Positions 1-9,046 of a stretch of DNA of 50,848 nucleotides are shown piece by piece. The translations under genes were made by a program, and so were the position numbers. The DNA lies in contig JAJRTW010000043.1 in assembly GCA_024278075.1 (NCBI GenBank), forward strand, positions 1 to 50,848, read 5' to 3'. The notes below the pieces were generated by a model. The model was not told where the DNA came from. It worked only from the letters and a program-made list of their open reading frames with translations, and did not search any database. The number at the start of each line of letters is the position of its first letter. Position 1 is the stretch's first letter. The DNA comes from Bacteroidota bacterium (GTDB lineage Bacteria > Bacteroidota > Ignavibacteria > Kapaibacteriales > UBA2268).

Positions 1-117
1 GACTTGGCAATGGGTACTAAGCTAATAAAATTGCATCCATAATAGCGCCATTTAGGCCAAAATGAAGCTAATATCAGCGATTCGCACTTTTTGGCTGCTT
101 TTTAACCGGACACTACT
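1..117. mobile_element. End of a MITE-like repeat (family with terminus AGTGTCCGGTTAAAAA), truncated by the window edge
   Basis: The reverse complement of ~20-115 aligns with 25322-25418 (agtgtccggttaaaaa...cattttggccta...attatggatgcaatttt). Confidence 0.7.
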
Positions 118-173
118 GAATTATTGATTAATAAATGTCTTTTTTAATAAGTAATATTATTCAGGAGTAATTT

Positions 174-815
174 ATGAGAAAAGCAATCTTATTTCTCACT
201 ATCTTCTTGGCTTTAAGCAATTTATCCTATTCGCAATTTACTTTTAGTGCCAGCCCGGGATTTGTTTTCAACGGTGCAAATTTTGGATTTGAAATCGGAG
301 ATTTAGTACCATACATCGGGATTCAATATGCCAATCTAAGTTCGACCAGAGAATCAAGTTATCAGACATGGGATTATGAAACAAATACGTTAATTACGGT
401 CAAAAATTCCTACGAAGATGCTCTGGATGTTTTCATGCCTTATGTTGGTGCTAAATATTTTGTGTATAAAAAATCCACATTAAGAGCATATTTCAATGGA
501 GCCTTTTTTCTGCCAATAATATCAGGGACTGATAAAAGGAATACTGAAGATAATGAAGATTTTAAAAGTATGATGGACGAGATGAGTTCCTGGGGCATAG
601 AATTTGGTTTCGGAACAGAATTTTTCTTAGATGAAAACTTCAGTCTTGGAGGCGAGTTTGGTTTGAGACTCGGAAATGTTGGATCCGAATATTCTTATTC
701 AGATATAGTTAGCACTCCGGATGGTACTGTTCCTGGCAAACGTTCTGAAAATGATAGTTATAACCTGACATCGACTTATACCAAAATATATTTGAATTAT
801 TATTTTGGCAAATAG
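174..815 (+). CDS. Outer-membrane beta-barrel (porin-like) protein
   Basis: Signal peptide, alternating amphipathic beta-strands (GIEFGFGTEFF, SLGGEFGLR), C-terminal YLNYYF, AGGAG RBS. Confidence 0.7.
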   Translation: MRKAILFLTIFLALSNLSYSQFTFSASPGFVFNGANFGFEIGDLVPYIGIQYANLSSTRESSYQTWDYETNTLITVKNSYEDALDVFMPYVGAKYFVYKKSTLRAYFNGAFFLPIISGTDKRNTEDNEDFKSMMDEMSSWGIEFGFGTEFFLDENFSLGGEFGLRLGNVGSEYSYSDIVSTPDGTVPGKRSENDSYNLTSTYTKIYLNYYFGK

Positions 816-841
816 GAAATAAGAGTAGGTCGAAAATTATT

Positions 842-871
842 AAAAAGCTGCTCAACAGGGCGGCTTTTTTT
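842..871 (+). terminator. Rho-independent terminator
   Basis: aaaaagctgctc-aaca-gggcggcttttttt stem-loop with a U-tract just downstream of the CDS. Confidence 0.75.
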
Positions 872-1098
872 CTATCTCGGCAATAGTTTGTTAATCCTTT
901 GTTCCCAATGAAATAGCCATTATATTTTGATTCATCCTTCCCGTCATTTTTGTTAATTCCACAAAAAAGCCGTATATTAAAATCCTTTTCATTTATGATA
1001 ATTAATAGAAAGTAATTTTCTTTATTATTTTAGAGTGACGAAAATGTGAAAAGATAAGAAATGGAATATATTTAGTACGAAGCAGAAAGGAGTATCAC

Positions 1099-2484
1099 AT
1101 GACAAGAGACGACCGCAGAAGCGCTCCTAATATATATAAGACCCGCATTTTCCCTAAGTACAAATCTTATACATTAAGAAATTTCAGAAATATATCTCAG
1201 ATTCGGGCTAATTTTTCCGAGGCCGAGCTGTTTGAAATGGAAGTAGTCGGCAATGTGCTGCCGTTCAAGGCAAATAATTACGTTGTTGATGAATTGATTG
1301 ACTGGGACAAGGCCGCAGCCGACCCTATTTTCAGGCTTACATTTCCACAGAAGAACATGCTCCGCCCCGAGCATTATGATATGATGGCATCCACACTGAA
1401 AAGGACAAGTTCCAAAAGTGAGATAGCATCGGTGGCCAATATTATTCGTGAAGAATTAAATCCGAATCCAGCAGGGCAAAAGGACTTTAACGTTCCGGTA
1501 TTTAATGGCAGGCCGCTTTCCGGTGTTCAGCATAAATACAGGCAGACGGTGCTGTTCTTTCCGTCGCAAAGCCAGACTTGCCATGCCTATTGCACGTTCT
1601 GCTTTCGCTGGCCGCAATTTACAGCATCACAGGATTTGAAGTTTGCCAGCAAGGAAATCGATACCGTAATTGAGTATATCAAATCCGACCCGTCCATCAC
1701 CGACCTGTTGATTACAGGCGGCGACCCTATGGTGATGAAACCAAAATTATTTGAGCATTATATAGATGAAATATTAAAAGCCAACCCGCCGAATTTAACA
1801 AATATTCGAATCGGGACTAAATCGCTTGCATATTGGCCCTATAAGTTTACTACCGACGAGGATTCCGGCCTGTTGCTACGCTCGTTCGAGAAGATTATTA
1901 ATTCCGGCAGGCACTTGTCTTTTATGGCTCATTTCAATCATTATGCCGAGCTGTCAACGGATGTTGTCCGGCTGGCTATCAAAAGAATCCAGCAAACCGG
2001 AGCGGAAATCCGCACACAATCGCCGCTATTTAAATTCATAAACGACGACCCGAAAGTATGGAGCCGTATGTGGAACGAGCAGGTACGCCTGGGCTGTATT
2101 CCTTACTATATGTTTATTGCCCGCCATACGGGTGCCCAGCATTACTTCAAGGTCGATTTGGAAAGGGCATGGAATATTTTCCGCAAGGCATATCAGGATT
2201 GCAGCGGATTGGCCAGGACTGTGAGGGGGCCTGTGATGTCATGCAATCCGGGCAAGGTGCAGGTGCTTGGCGTTACGGAAATCAACAACGAGAAAGTATT
2301 TGCATTAAGATTTTTACAGGGACGGAATGAGGACTGGGTGCATAGGCCGTTCTTTGCCGGATATGATGCCGGGGCTGCCTGGATTAATAATCTGAAGCCG
2401 GCTTTTGGCGCAGATAAGTTTTTCTACGAAGATGAACTGAGTGCGATCTATAAAGAAAAAATAGCGGTTTTATCCAATCACTGA
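1099..2484 (+). CDS. KamA-family radical SAM aminomutase-like protein (substrate uncertain)
   Basis: HKY...CHAYCTFCFR CxxxCxxC motif, ITGGDP, IRIGTK, HFNH, PYYMF and PGK; AAGGAG RBS. Confidence 0.85.
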   Translation: MTRDDRRSAPNIYKTRIFPKYKSYTLRNFRNISQIRANFSEAELFEMEVVGNVLPFKANNYVVDELIDWDKAAADPIFRLTFPQKNMLRPEHYDMMASTLKRTSSKSEIASVANIIREELNPNPAGQKDFNVPVFNGRPLSGVQHKYRQTVLFFPSQSQTCHAYCTFCFRWPQFTASQDLKFASKEIDTVIEYIKSDPSITDLLITGGDPMVMKPKLFEHYIDEILKANPPNLTNIRIGTKSLAYWPYKFTTDEDSGLLLRSFEKIINSGRHLSFMAHFNHYAELSTDVVRLAIKRIQQTGAEIRTQSPLFKFINDDPKVWSRMWNEQVRLGCIPYYMFIARHTGAQHYFKVDLERAWNIFRKAYQDCSGLARTVRGPVMSCNPGKVQVLGVTEINNEKVFALRFLQGRNEDWVHRPFFAGYDAGAAWINNLKPAFGADKFFYEDELSAIYKEKIAVLSNH

Positions 2485-2531
2485 ATTGACTCTTAATCCT
2501 TAATTATTAATGAATTCCAATTTTTCCATAA

Positions 2532-3497
2532 CTAATGGTTTTGGTTCAGCTTTTGCAATTCTTTGAACAAGTTCTTTTCTTTTACGGTTAGCTTTTTGGG
2601 CAGATCAACTTCAATCCTGATAAGCAGATTTCCCCTTTTGGTTTTCGAGCCATAAACCGGCATACCCTGGCCGGATATTTTAAGTAATTTTCCAGGCTGG
2701 GAATAAGGTGGGATGGCAACTTTAATTTTCTTTGAGAATGTTTCCACTGTTTCGGTGCCGCCCAAAACAGCCTTGTAAAGGTCAATTGTCAGATTAATAT
2801 ACAAATCATTATCTTTACGTTCAATGGCGGAGTGGCCCTGAATCAGGACATTAATTATTAAATCGCCTTGCTTACCACCATTTTTTCCGGGAAATCCTTT
2901 GCCTGAAATTTTCATTGACTGCCCGTTGGCAATTCCCGGTTTGAATTTTACTTCTAAGGATTCACGGTTTATTTTCAACAGCCTCGTAGTGCCTTTGTAA
3001 GCCTCTTCTAAAGTTAAAGTCACTTCCGTCTGATAGTCTTTGCCTTTTTTTTTGGATTTAATTGCCGAAGCTGCACTAAATCCTCTGCCGAACCCGCCGG
3101 TTTGGCCGGCATCTTCGCCGAAAATCTTAGTGAAAAAATCGGAAGTTCCACCGCCGGTGCTGAAAAAATCATTAACCGATTGGCGATTGCTCTGCGATGG
3201 CCTTTGCCGTCCGCCCTGATTGAACCAATTAGTCCAATCGAAATCGTTCTCTCTGCCGCCATGAGTCCGGAAATTATTATATGAAGAACCGAGGTTGTTA
3301 TACTTCCTTCTCTTAGCAGTGTCGCTCAAAACCTCGTAAGCCTCGCCGATTTCCTTAAATTTCTGTTCGGCGCTATTATCACCCTGATTGGCGTCGGGAT
3401 GATATTTCCGGGCTAACTTTCTGTATGCCTTCTTGATTTCATCAGTTGTAGCGTTTCTGTCAACACCCAATATCTTATAATAATCTTTGTATTCCAT
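2532..3497 (-). CDS. DnaJ class II / CbpA-like co-chaperone
   Basis: J-domain ([11 protein letters not shown]), G/F-rich linker, DnaJ C-terminal domain, no zinc finger. Confidence 0.9.
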   Translation of the reverse strand: MEYKDYYKILGVDRNATTDEIKKAYRKLARKYHPDANQGDNSAEQKFKEIGEAYEVLSDTAKRRKYNNLGSSYNNFRTHGGRENDFDWTNWFNQGGRQRPSQSNRQSVNDFFSTGGGTSDFFTKIFGEDAGQTGGFGRGFSAASAIKSKKKGKDYQTEVTLTLEEAYKGTTRLLKINRESLEVKFKPGIANGQSMKISGKGFPGKNGGKQGDLIINVLIQGHSAIERKDNDLYINLTIDLYKAVLGGTETVETFSKKIKVAIPPYSQPGKLLKISGQGMPVYGSKTKRGNLLIRIEVDLPKKLTVKEKNLFKELQKLNQNH

Positions 3498-3663
3498 CTT
3501 TACTCTATTGTTTGGCCAATTTATTTCGTTGCAGATTTATTAGACGTTGAATTCGGAATTTAATTTGTGTGATGTTCTTATGGGGCTGCATTTAGCTGAA
3601 TAAAATGAAAATTAGAAATCATCCACCACGAGCTAAAGCAATCTAATGCGAGCACGTGGCAAT

Positions 3664-3712
3664 TAACTTGTGTCCAGCGACTATTGACTTGCAACCAGCG
3701 ACTAACGACTTA
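3664..3712. repeat. Degenerate heptamer tandem repeat (7 units)
   Basis: taacttg tgtccag cgactat tgacttg caaccag cgactaa cgactta; the last unit contains the pfk stop codon. Confidence 0.6.
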
Positions 3713-4918
3713 CAGATGCCTTCTGATGTGGCCATGCTGTTCGGAGAACATAGGGTGATAGTCAACCGGTTTTCTGCCAAAACAAACTCCGAGGGATTCG
3801 AAAAATTCAATTTTATTCAAATTCACATTTCTCTGCTCGATTGCCTTTGAAGTGGGCATATATTGAATATCATTTTCCTGCACATCCACTACCGTAACGC
3901 CGCAGATACCTTCCAGCATCAAAAGAACCGCCGCGCCGCCCGCCTGCTTGCCAAAGGAAACATCATAGCTGGAGGTTCCGCCAGCCCTGACAAGATGCCC
4001 AAGCGAGACTTCCCTTATTTCGGGATATTCGTATATATCCTTAACGAAGATGCCTTCCTTAGTAAGCACTTGCTGCCAATCCTTATCGTTTTTCATTTGG
4101 CTTTCCAGCTTTTTCCGGATGTACTGTCCAACACCGGAGAGCTTGGCATGGCCAAAAGAATCCGTAGAGGCCGCCTCGTCTGTAAAAAATTGGCCGTCTT
4201 TGTTCCGGACCCCTTCGGCGGCAATAATTATATATGTAGACCCCTTAACATCGCTGGACAATAACCTGCTGATATATGTTTTCTTAAAATGCTGATAAAC
4301 GACCTCGTAATCAACAAATATTTCCGGTATTAAGATGCAATCTGCATCGGCGCCAATTCCACCCCGGAAAGCCGTATGACCGGCATACCGCCCGAATACT
4401 TCAATCACCAGGGCGCGATTATGGGTCAGGCCCGTTGTCCGAAGGTCATCGGCAAATTTGGAAATACGGTTGATAGTGGAATCGCCACCTACGGAATAAG
4501 TCTGTAGGTCGAGGTCCATTGTTTTTGGTACATGAACACAGTCAATTCCTTTTGCCGTAAGGTCTACCACAACAGAGCCGGTATCATCGCCGCCTGCGAT
4601 TATTAATCCGTCAATATTATGCTTTCTCAAACCCGCATTAATAATTTCATATTTGTTCGGGTCTTTAATTTTACTGATTTTAACCCTCGAATGACCGGCC
4701 TCAGAGCCCGCCACACCGGAATGAATCTTGTCGGCACGGGCAAAATCAATAATCGGCGGGTCTAAATCATTTAGGTTATATAATCCGGCATAGCCATTTG
4801 GTATCAGGCAAATTTCTATACCCTTCGTATGAGCCATTCTCGCCGCACCGTTGATAACTGCGTTCAATCCGCCGCAGTCGCCGCCACTTGTAATAATTCC
4901 CAATTTCTTCGGTTTCAT
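3710..4918 (-). CDS. 6-phosphofructokinase family, probably PPi-dependent
   Basis: TSGGDCGGLN, GGDDT, PKTMDLD, EVFGRYAG, LGHLVRAGG motifs. Start taken at MKPKK (4918); the ORF track extends to 4969. Confidence 0.9.
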   Translation of the reverse strand: MKPKKLGIITSGGDCGGLNAVINGAARMAHTKGIEICLIPNGYAGLYNLNDLDPPIIDFARADKIHSGVAGSEAGHSRVKISKIKDPNKYEIINAGLRKHNIDGLIIAGGDDTGSVVVDLTAKGIDCVHVPKTMDLDLQTYSVGGDSTINRISKFADDLRTTGLTHNRALVIEVFGRYAGHTAFRGGIGADADCILIPEIFVDYEVVYQHFKKTYISRLLSSDVKGSTYIIIAAEGVRNKDGQFFTDEAASTDSFGHAKLSGVGQYIRKKLESQMKNDKDWQQVLTKEGIFVKDIYEYPEIREVSLGHLVRAGGTSSYDVSFGKQAGGAAVLLMLEGICGVTVVDVQENDIQYMPTSKAIEQRNVNLNKIEFFESLGVCFGRKPVDYHPMFSEQHGHIRRHL

Positions 4919-5051
4919 TTTTTCCTTATTTATATTTCGTTCTAGTATCAAGCCATCCACAGATTCCATTGCTTCGAACTATACGATTTAGTTTCTGCCC
5001 TTAACAAGGTGGGGAACTAAAGGAGTGGCTCTTCGCACTGTTCAAAATATA

Positions 5052-6617
5052 TCATTCGTTAGCCATTTGGCTCACATGGACGAGCTTAAATTCGACTCGG
5101 CGGTTAATATTTCGATAGTAATCATTCGTATTTCCGATTATCGGATTTTCTTCGCCTTTGCCGCTGTATAGAATCTTCATCTTTGGTATTCCAAGAGAAC
5201 TGATAAATCTAACCGCAGATTTTGCTCTCTTGTTTGACAGTCTCAAGTTGACATCAGCCGGGCCGGTATCGTCTGTAAACCCGGTTATTTGAATGCTGAA
5301 CTCTTTATTCTCTTTCAGGAAACCGGCAACGAGTCGAATCAGCTTTTTCGATTCTTTGGTTAATCCGGAACTGTTCTTTGCAAATATTATGTTCCTCATG
5401 CAAATAAGTGAATCTTCTATAGGAACAAGCTCCACATTATTATGAATGACTTTATATTTATTAATTCTTCTGGCATCAAGTGCCCCAATGTATGTAATAA
5501 ACCCATTGGCAGACACCCTGCATGAATATAATTCACCGGCGGGCATAGTCAGGGTGTACTTCCCGTAAATGGAATCGGAATTTGCTGTTCCTGCCAGTTC
5601 GCCGCCAACCCTGATAGTGCCGTCGGTATGGGTATAGTAGGCTATTGTGGTGATTATCGGCACACGAGTTCTGGCATTCGACACCATACCCTTAGCCAGG
5701 AAAGCAACGTTCGGCCTTACCTTTTCGGGAACCTGAACTTTGAATATGTCACTTTTCCCAAGAGTATTTTGAGTGGATACATAATAAGCGTAATCTCCTG
5801 AAGCCGCAATTTTATAGCCTGCATCCCATTCTGGAGTGTTAATCGATGGCCCGAGATTTTCGGGGACAGACCAGCTTTGCCATGTCTTGTCCAGCCTTCT
5901 TGTCAAATATACATCAGCTTTTCCGAACCCCTTCCGGCCGTTACTGGAGAAATAAAGGCTTGAGCCGTCCGATGCCAAAAAAGGAGAAAGCTCATCGCCC
6001 TTTGTGTTCACCACCGGGCCGAGATTCATCGGTTTCGACCAAGTTAATTTACTCTTCCGGAAACTCACATATATATCCTTTTCGCCATAAGAATCTCCAT
6101 CCTGGATTGTCATCAGCAACGTCAGGCCATCGTTCGAAAGATAAAATCCGGCGTATTCATTATAATTTTGAAAATCCTTTATGACTATTTGCTCCGGTTT
6201 GTTCCATCTGCCATTTGACTTATGAGAAATAAATATGCCACCTGCAATCGTATCGCCATTTCGTACTTCTGTGGCAAGAAGCATGTTATTGCCATCCGGC
6301 GATACCGAGCATGGGAAATTGCTGCCGTATGTATTCAGGGGCATTCCGACGTTCACAGCTTTTGTCCAACTGCCATCGTCTTTTTTGTAGGATACCCATA
6401 TATCATCTTTTCCAAGATTGCCCTCGCAATTGGTTCGGCAAAAGAAAAGCGTATTGCCATCGGCCGAAATAACCGGGCTTAACTCTTCGCAACTGCTGTT
6501 GACTGCATGCCCAAGGTTGATTGTGGCCAAAGAGTCGGTTTGGCTATTGGAGGTTACGATGCTTGATATGAAGATCAAACTTATTAATAATAATTTACTT
6601 TTCATGATTTGCTTCAA
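5052..6617 (-). CDS. OmpA-family peptidoglycan-binding protein with PD40/WD40-like beta-propeller (PorE-like architecture without TPR)
   Basis: Repeated NLG..VN..E.SP..S.DG..L.F PD40 units; C-terminal GFTDDTG...NLRLS..RA...NRRVEF OmpA_C domain. Confidence 0.85.
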   Translation of the reverse strand: MKQIMKSKLLLISLIFISSIVTSNSQTDSLATINLGHAVNSSCEELSPVISADGNTLFFCRTNCEGNLGKDDIWVSYKKDDGSWTKAVNVGMPLNTYGSNFPCSVSPDGNNMLLATEVRNGDTIAGGIFISHKSNGRWNKPEQIVIKDFQNYNEYAGFYLSNDGLTLLMTIQDGDSYGEKDIYVSFRKSKLTWSKPMNLGPVVNTKGDELSPFLASDGSSLYFSSNGRKGFGKADVYLTRRLDKTWQSWSVPENLGPSINTPEWDAGYKIAASGDYAYYVSTQNTLGKSDIFKVQVPEKVRPNVAFLAKGMVSNARTRVPIITTIAYYTHTDGTIRVGGELAGTANSDSIYGKYTLTMPAGELYSCRVSANGFITYIGALDARRINKYKVIHNNVELVPIEDSLICMRNIIFAKNSSGLTKESKKLIRLVAGFLKENKEFSIQITGFTDDTGPADVNLRLSNKRAKSAVRFISSLGIPKMKILYSGKGEENPIIGNTNDYYRNINRRVEFKLVHVSQMANE

Positions 6618-6770
6618 TTCTTTTTGATAAAGAATAATAATGTTGATTGTCTGAATTAGCTATAAATAATTGAAATTTTACAGACAAAAAAACGAAAAAT
6701 CGACTTAATCCTGCATTGTGCGTTGTGTTCATCACAGCTTGCTGCAAGTATCATGTTGAGATTCCTCTAC

Positions 6771-7715
6771 TTACGGCAGAGCAGTTTCTGCAAATGCGAT
6801 ATTCAACATTTTATATAGCAAACGTGCTGCCAATATATCGGGATGGCTTAAATTATTAATCGGCGCCAGCTCTACTATATCAAATCCGACTATGTTTTTG
6901 CCGGCTGTCCTTATTGCCCGAAATATATCAAGCGTTTCGGAATACAGGAAGCCATCCGGCTCGGGGGTGCCGGTTGATGGCATTATTGCAGGATCGAAAT
7001 AATCCAGGTCGAATGTAATGTATACGTCCTTATTTAGGCAGTTGACTATGGCATCAATCCAGTTTGCAGAATCGATTCGATTCGTTGAATCAATGCTATT
7101 CTTAGAATAAATCCCACGCCTAATCTCAGAAGCAAAAAAAGTGTTGATATGCAAGTTATTAATTCTCTCAGCTTCTTCCTTGCATAACGCTCTTATTCCA
7201 ACCTGCGTAACGCTGCCGGCAGGGAAAAATTCAATCACCCTCGACATAAAACAAGCATGTGAAAAAGGCGAGCCGTCATAAGTGTCCCTCAAGTCCGAAT
7301 GAGCATCAAAATGCAGCAAGCTCATGTCGGGATATTTCGAGAAATGAGATTCGATTGGCGCCGTTGAGATAGTATGCTCGCCTCCCAAAGTGGCAACGAA
7401 TTTGCCGCGGTGCAGCAATTCATCCACCTGCTGCTTAATCAAATCCAAAGCGTCTTTGCCATTTCTGCCTTTGAAATCGATTGGCGCAAGAGTAGCAATA
7501 CCCTTGTCGAAACAGAGTTCCGTATCAAATTCATCGTCATAGAACTCCACAAAAGCACTCGCCGCAAGAATCACCTCCGGGCCTTTGGACGTACCCTTGC
7601 CATAGCTGACCGTATGCTCGTATGGGGCTGAAACTATGGCAATGTCAGAATTCTCCAATTGCGAGTATTTCTCTTCGATTGACAAGAAGTTCGCATTGCT
7701 GTCTAATATTTTCAA
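6771..7715 (-). CDS. speB: Agmatinase (ureohydrolase family)
   Basis: GGEHTIS, HFDAHSDLRD, SHAC, TFDLDYFDP, STGTPEPDG, DIVELAP motifs; TTG start. Confidence 0.85.
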   Translation of the reverse strand: MKILDSNANFLSIEEKYSQLENSDIAIVSAPYEHTVSYGKGTSKGPEVILAASAFVEFYDDEFDTELCFDKGIATLAPIDFKGRNGKDALDLIKQQVDELLHRGKFVATLGGEHTISTAPIESHFSKYPDMSLLHFDAHSDLRDTYDGSPFSHACFMSRVIEFFPAGSVTQVGIRALCKEEAERINNLHINTFFASEIRRGIYSKNSIDSTNRIDSANWIDAIVNCLNKDVYITFDLDYFDPAIMPSTGTPEPDGFLYSETLDIFRAIRTAGKNIVGFDIVELAPINNLSHPDILAARLLYKMLNIAFAETALP

Positions 7716-7780
7716 ATTGTTCCTTTATCAATACTTCAGATATATTTTATAATGACTTGAAAAATAAAGCACTTACGAAA

Positions 7781-8018
7781 TGTCATTCTGAGCCCTTCGG
7801 CAGTCTATCCTGAGTCCTTCGACTTCGCTCAGGATAAGCTCAGTCGAAGGACTCAGGGTGACTATTTTAGTGTCATAGTGAGCGGAGTCAAACTATAGAC
7901 ACGATCGGCCTGACTCGGGATAAGCTCCGCAAAGAATCTATAACTCTATACATTTTAATTGTTTATAGATTCTTCACTACGCTCCGCCACAAGTGGCTAC
8001 GCTCCATTCAGAATGACA
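7781..8018. repeat. Composite REP/MITE-like palindromic element (TGTCATTCTGA...TCAGAATGACA)
   Basis: Perfect 11-bp terminal inverted repeat, nested hairpins, and ~80 bp near-identical to 20957-21033. Confidence 0.85.
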
Positions 8019-8745
8019 AAAATGTCCGATCTGTTGCCTTTATAAGAAAAATGAAATAACGTCAAACATACATATAAGCGTTGTGGCTATGCAATATTGC
8101 TGTTCGGAGCCGCCCATAAAATCTCCCTGCCAACGAGGAGAATAAAAGAAAAGCGGAAAGCCTTAAATCCGAACAATGACAATTGATGCCCGGCATATCG
8201 CTAAAGACTTCTAAATAATTAACATATTGTCATTTTACTATATTGTAATAAGAAGGACAGTTGCGTCATCCTGCGGTTTTGACTATTATTTATGGCATAG
8301 AATATGTTATAGATATATTTATATCGTATTTAGAATTAGTGAATTGTTCTACGAGAAACCGTGAATGTACTAATTATTAGTAGGGGTGACGAATTAGCCG
8401 ACGGTGATATTAACCTTTTTTGCTGTTGCGAACCGGATAATTTTCCGGATAATTTTAATAGCTAATCTATCGTTAAATTGATTATTAATTTGGCCTATAA
8501 GAACGGCCAATAAGACTATTATTTACTTTTCGTTGAATGCAGAAGGATGAATCCATGCACGAAGCGGGAATTATGAGTTGTTTGGCTGGCAGAAAGCAGT
8601 GCATGAGAAAGCAAGCTGTTGTTCATTGTTTTTAATCGATATTTTTCAGCAGGATTAATTTTGGCATGGACGATATATTTTATGAGTCGGGAGTTATTAA
8701 AACGGGTTACAATCTTATATCGATTTTATGGAATTGGTATACTTA

Positions 8746-8787
8746 AGAGCGATATTTCGCTCTATTTAACGATATTTCGCTCTATTT
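8746..8787. promoter_or_regulatory. 18-bp direct repeat overlapping an inverted repeat, upstream of the sensor kinase
   Basis: cgatatttcgctctattt at 8750-8767 and 8770-8787; AGAGCGA-tatt-TCGCTCT inverted repeat. Confidence 0.4.
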
Positions 8788-9046
8788 CGAATATTTGTGT
8801 GAAGCGATTTGTAAAAAGTAGGATAAGTCGCTTTTTTTATATATTAAGTTAAGGCAATAGGATGCAATCATCCCGATTATTTCGGACGTGTTAAGGAACA
8901 ATTCCGTATCTATTTAGGAATATGTAGAGTTAGCCGGACACTGCGGCAATCATATTCAACTCGACGAATGAGAATCCTTAAACAACTGTTATCCATTGCC
9001 TGACTGACTTCTTTAAAAACTAATAAATAATGCAGGTTAAATCCTG

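Noticed and set aside
8619-8852. 77-aa ORF upstream of the kinase
   Set aside because: TTG start, no RBS, runs through the direct-repeat region, no recognisable features.
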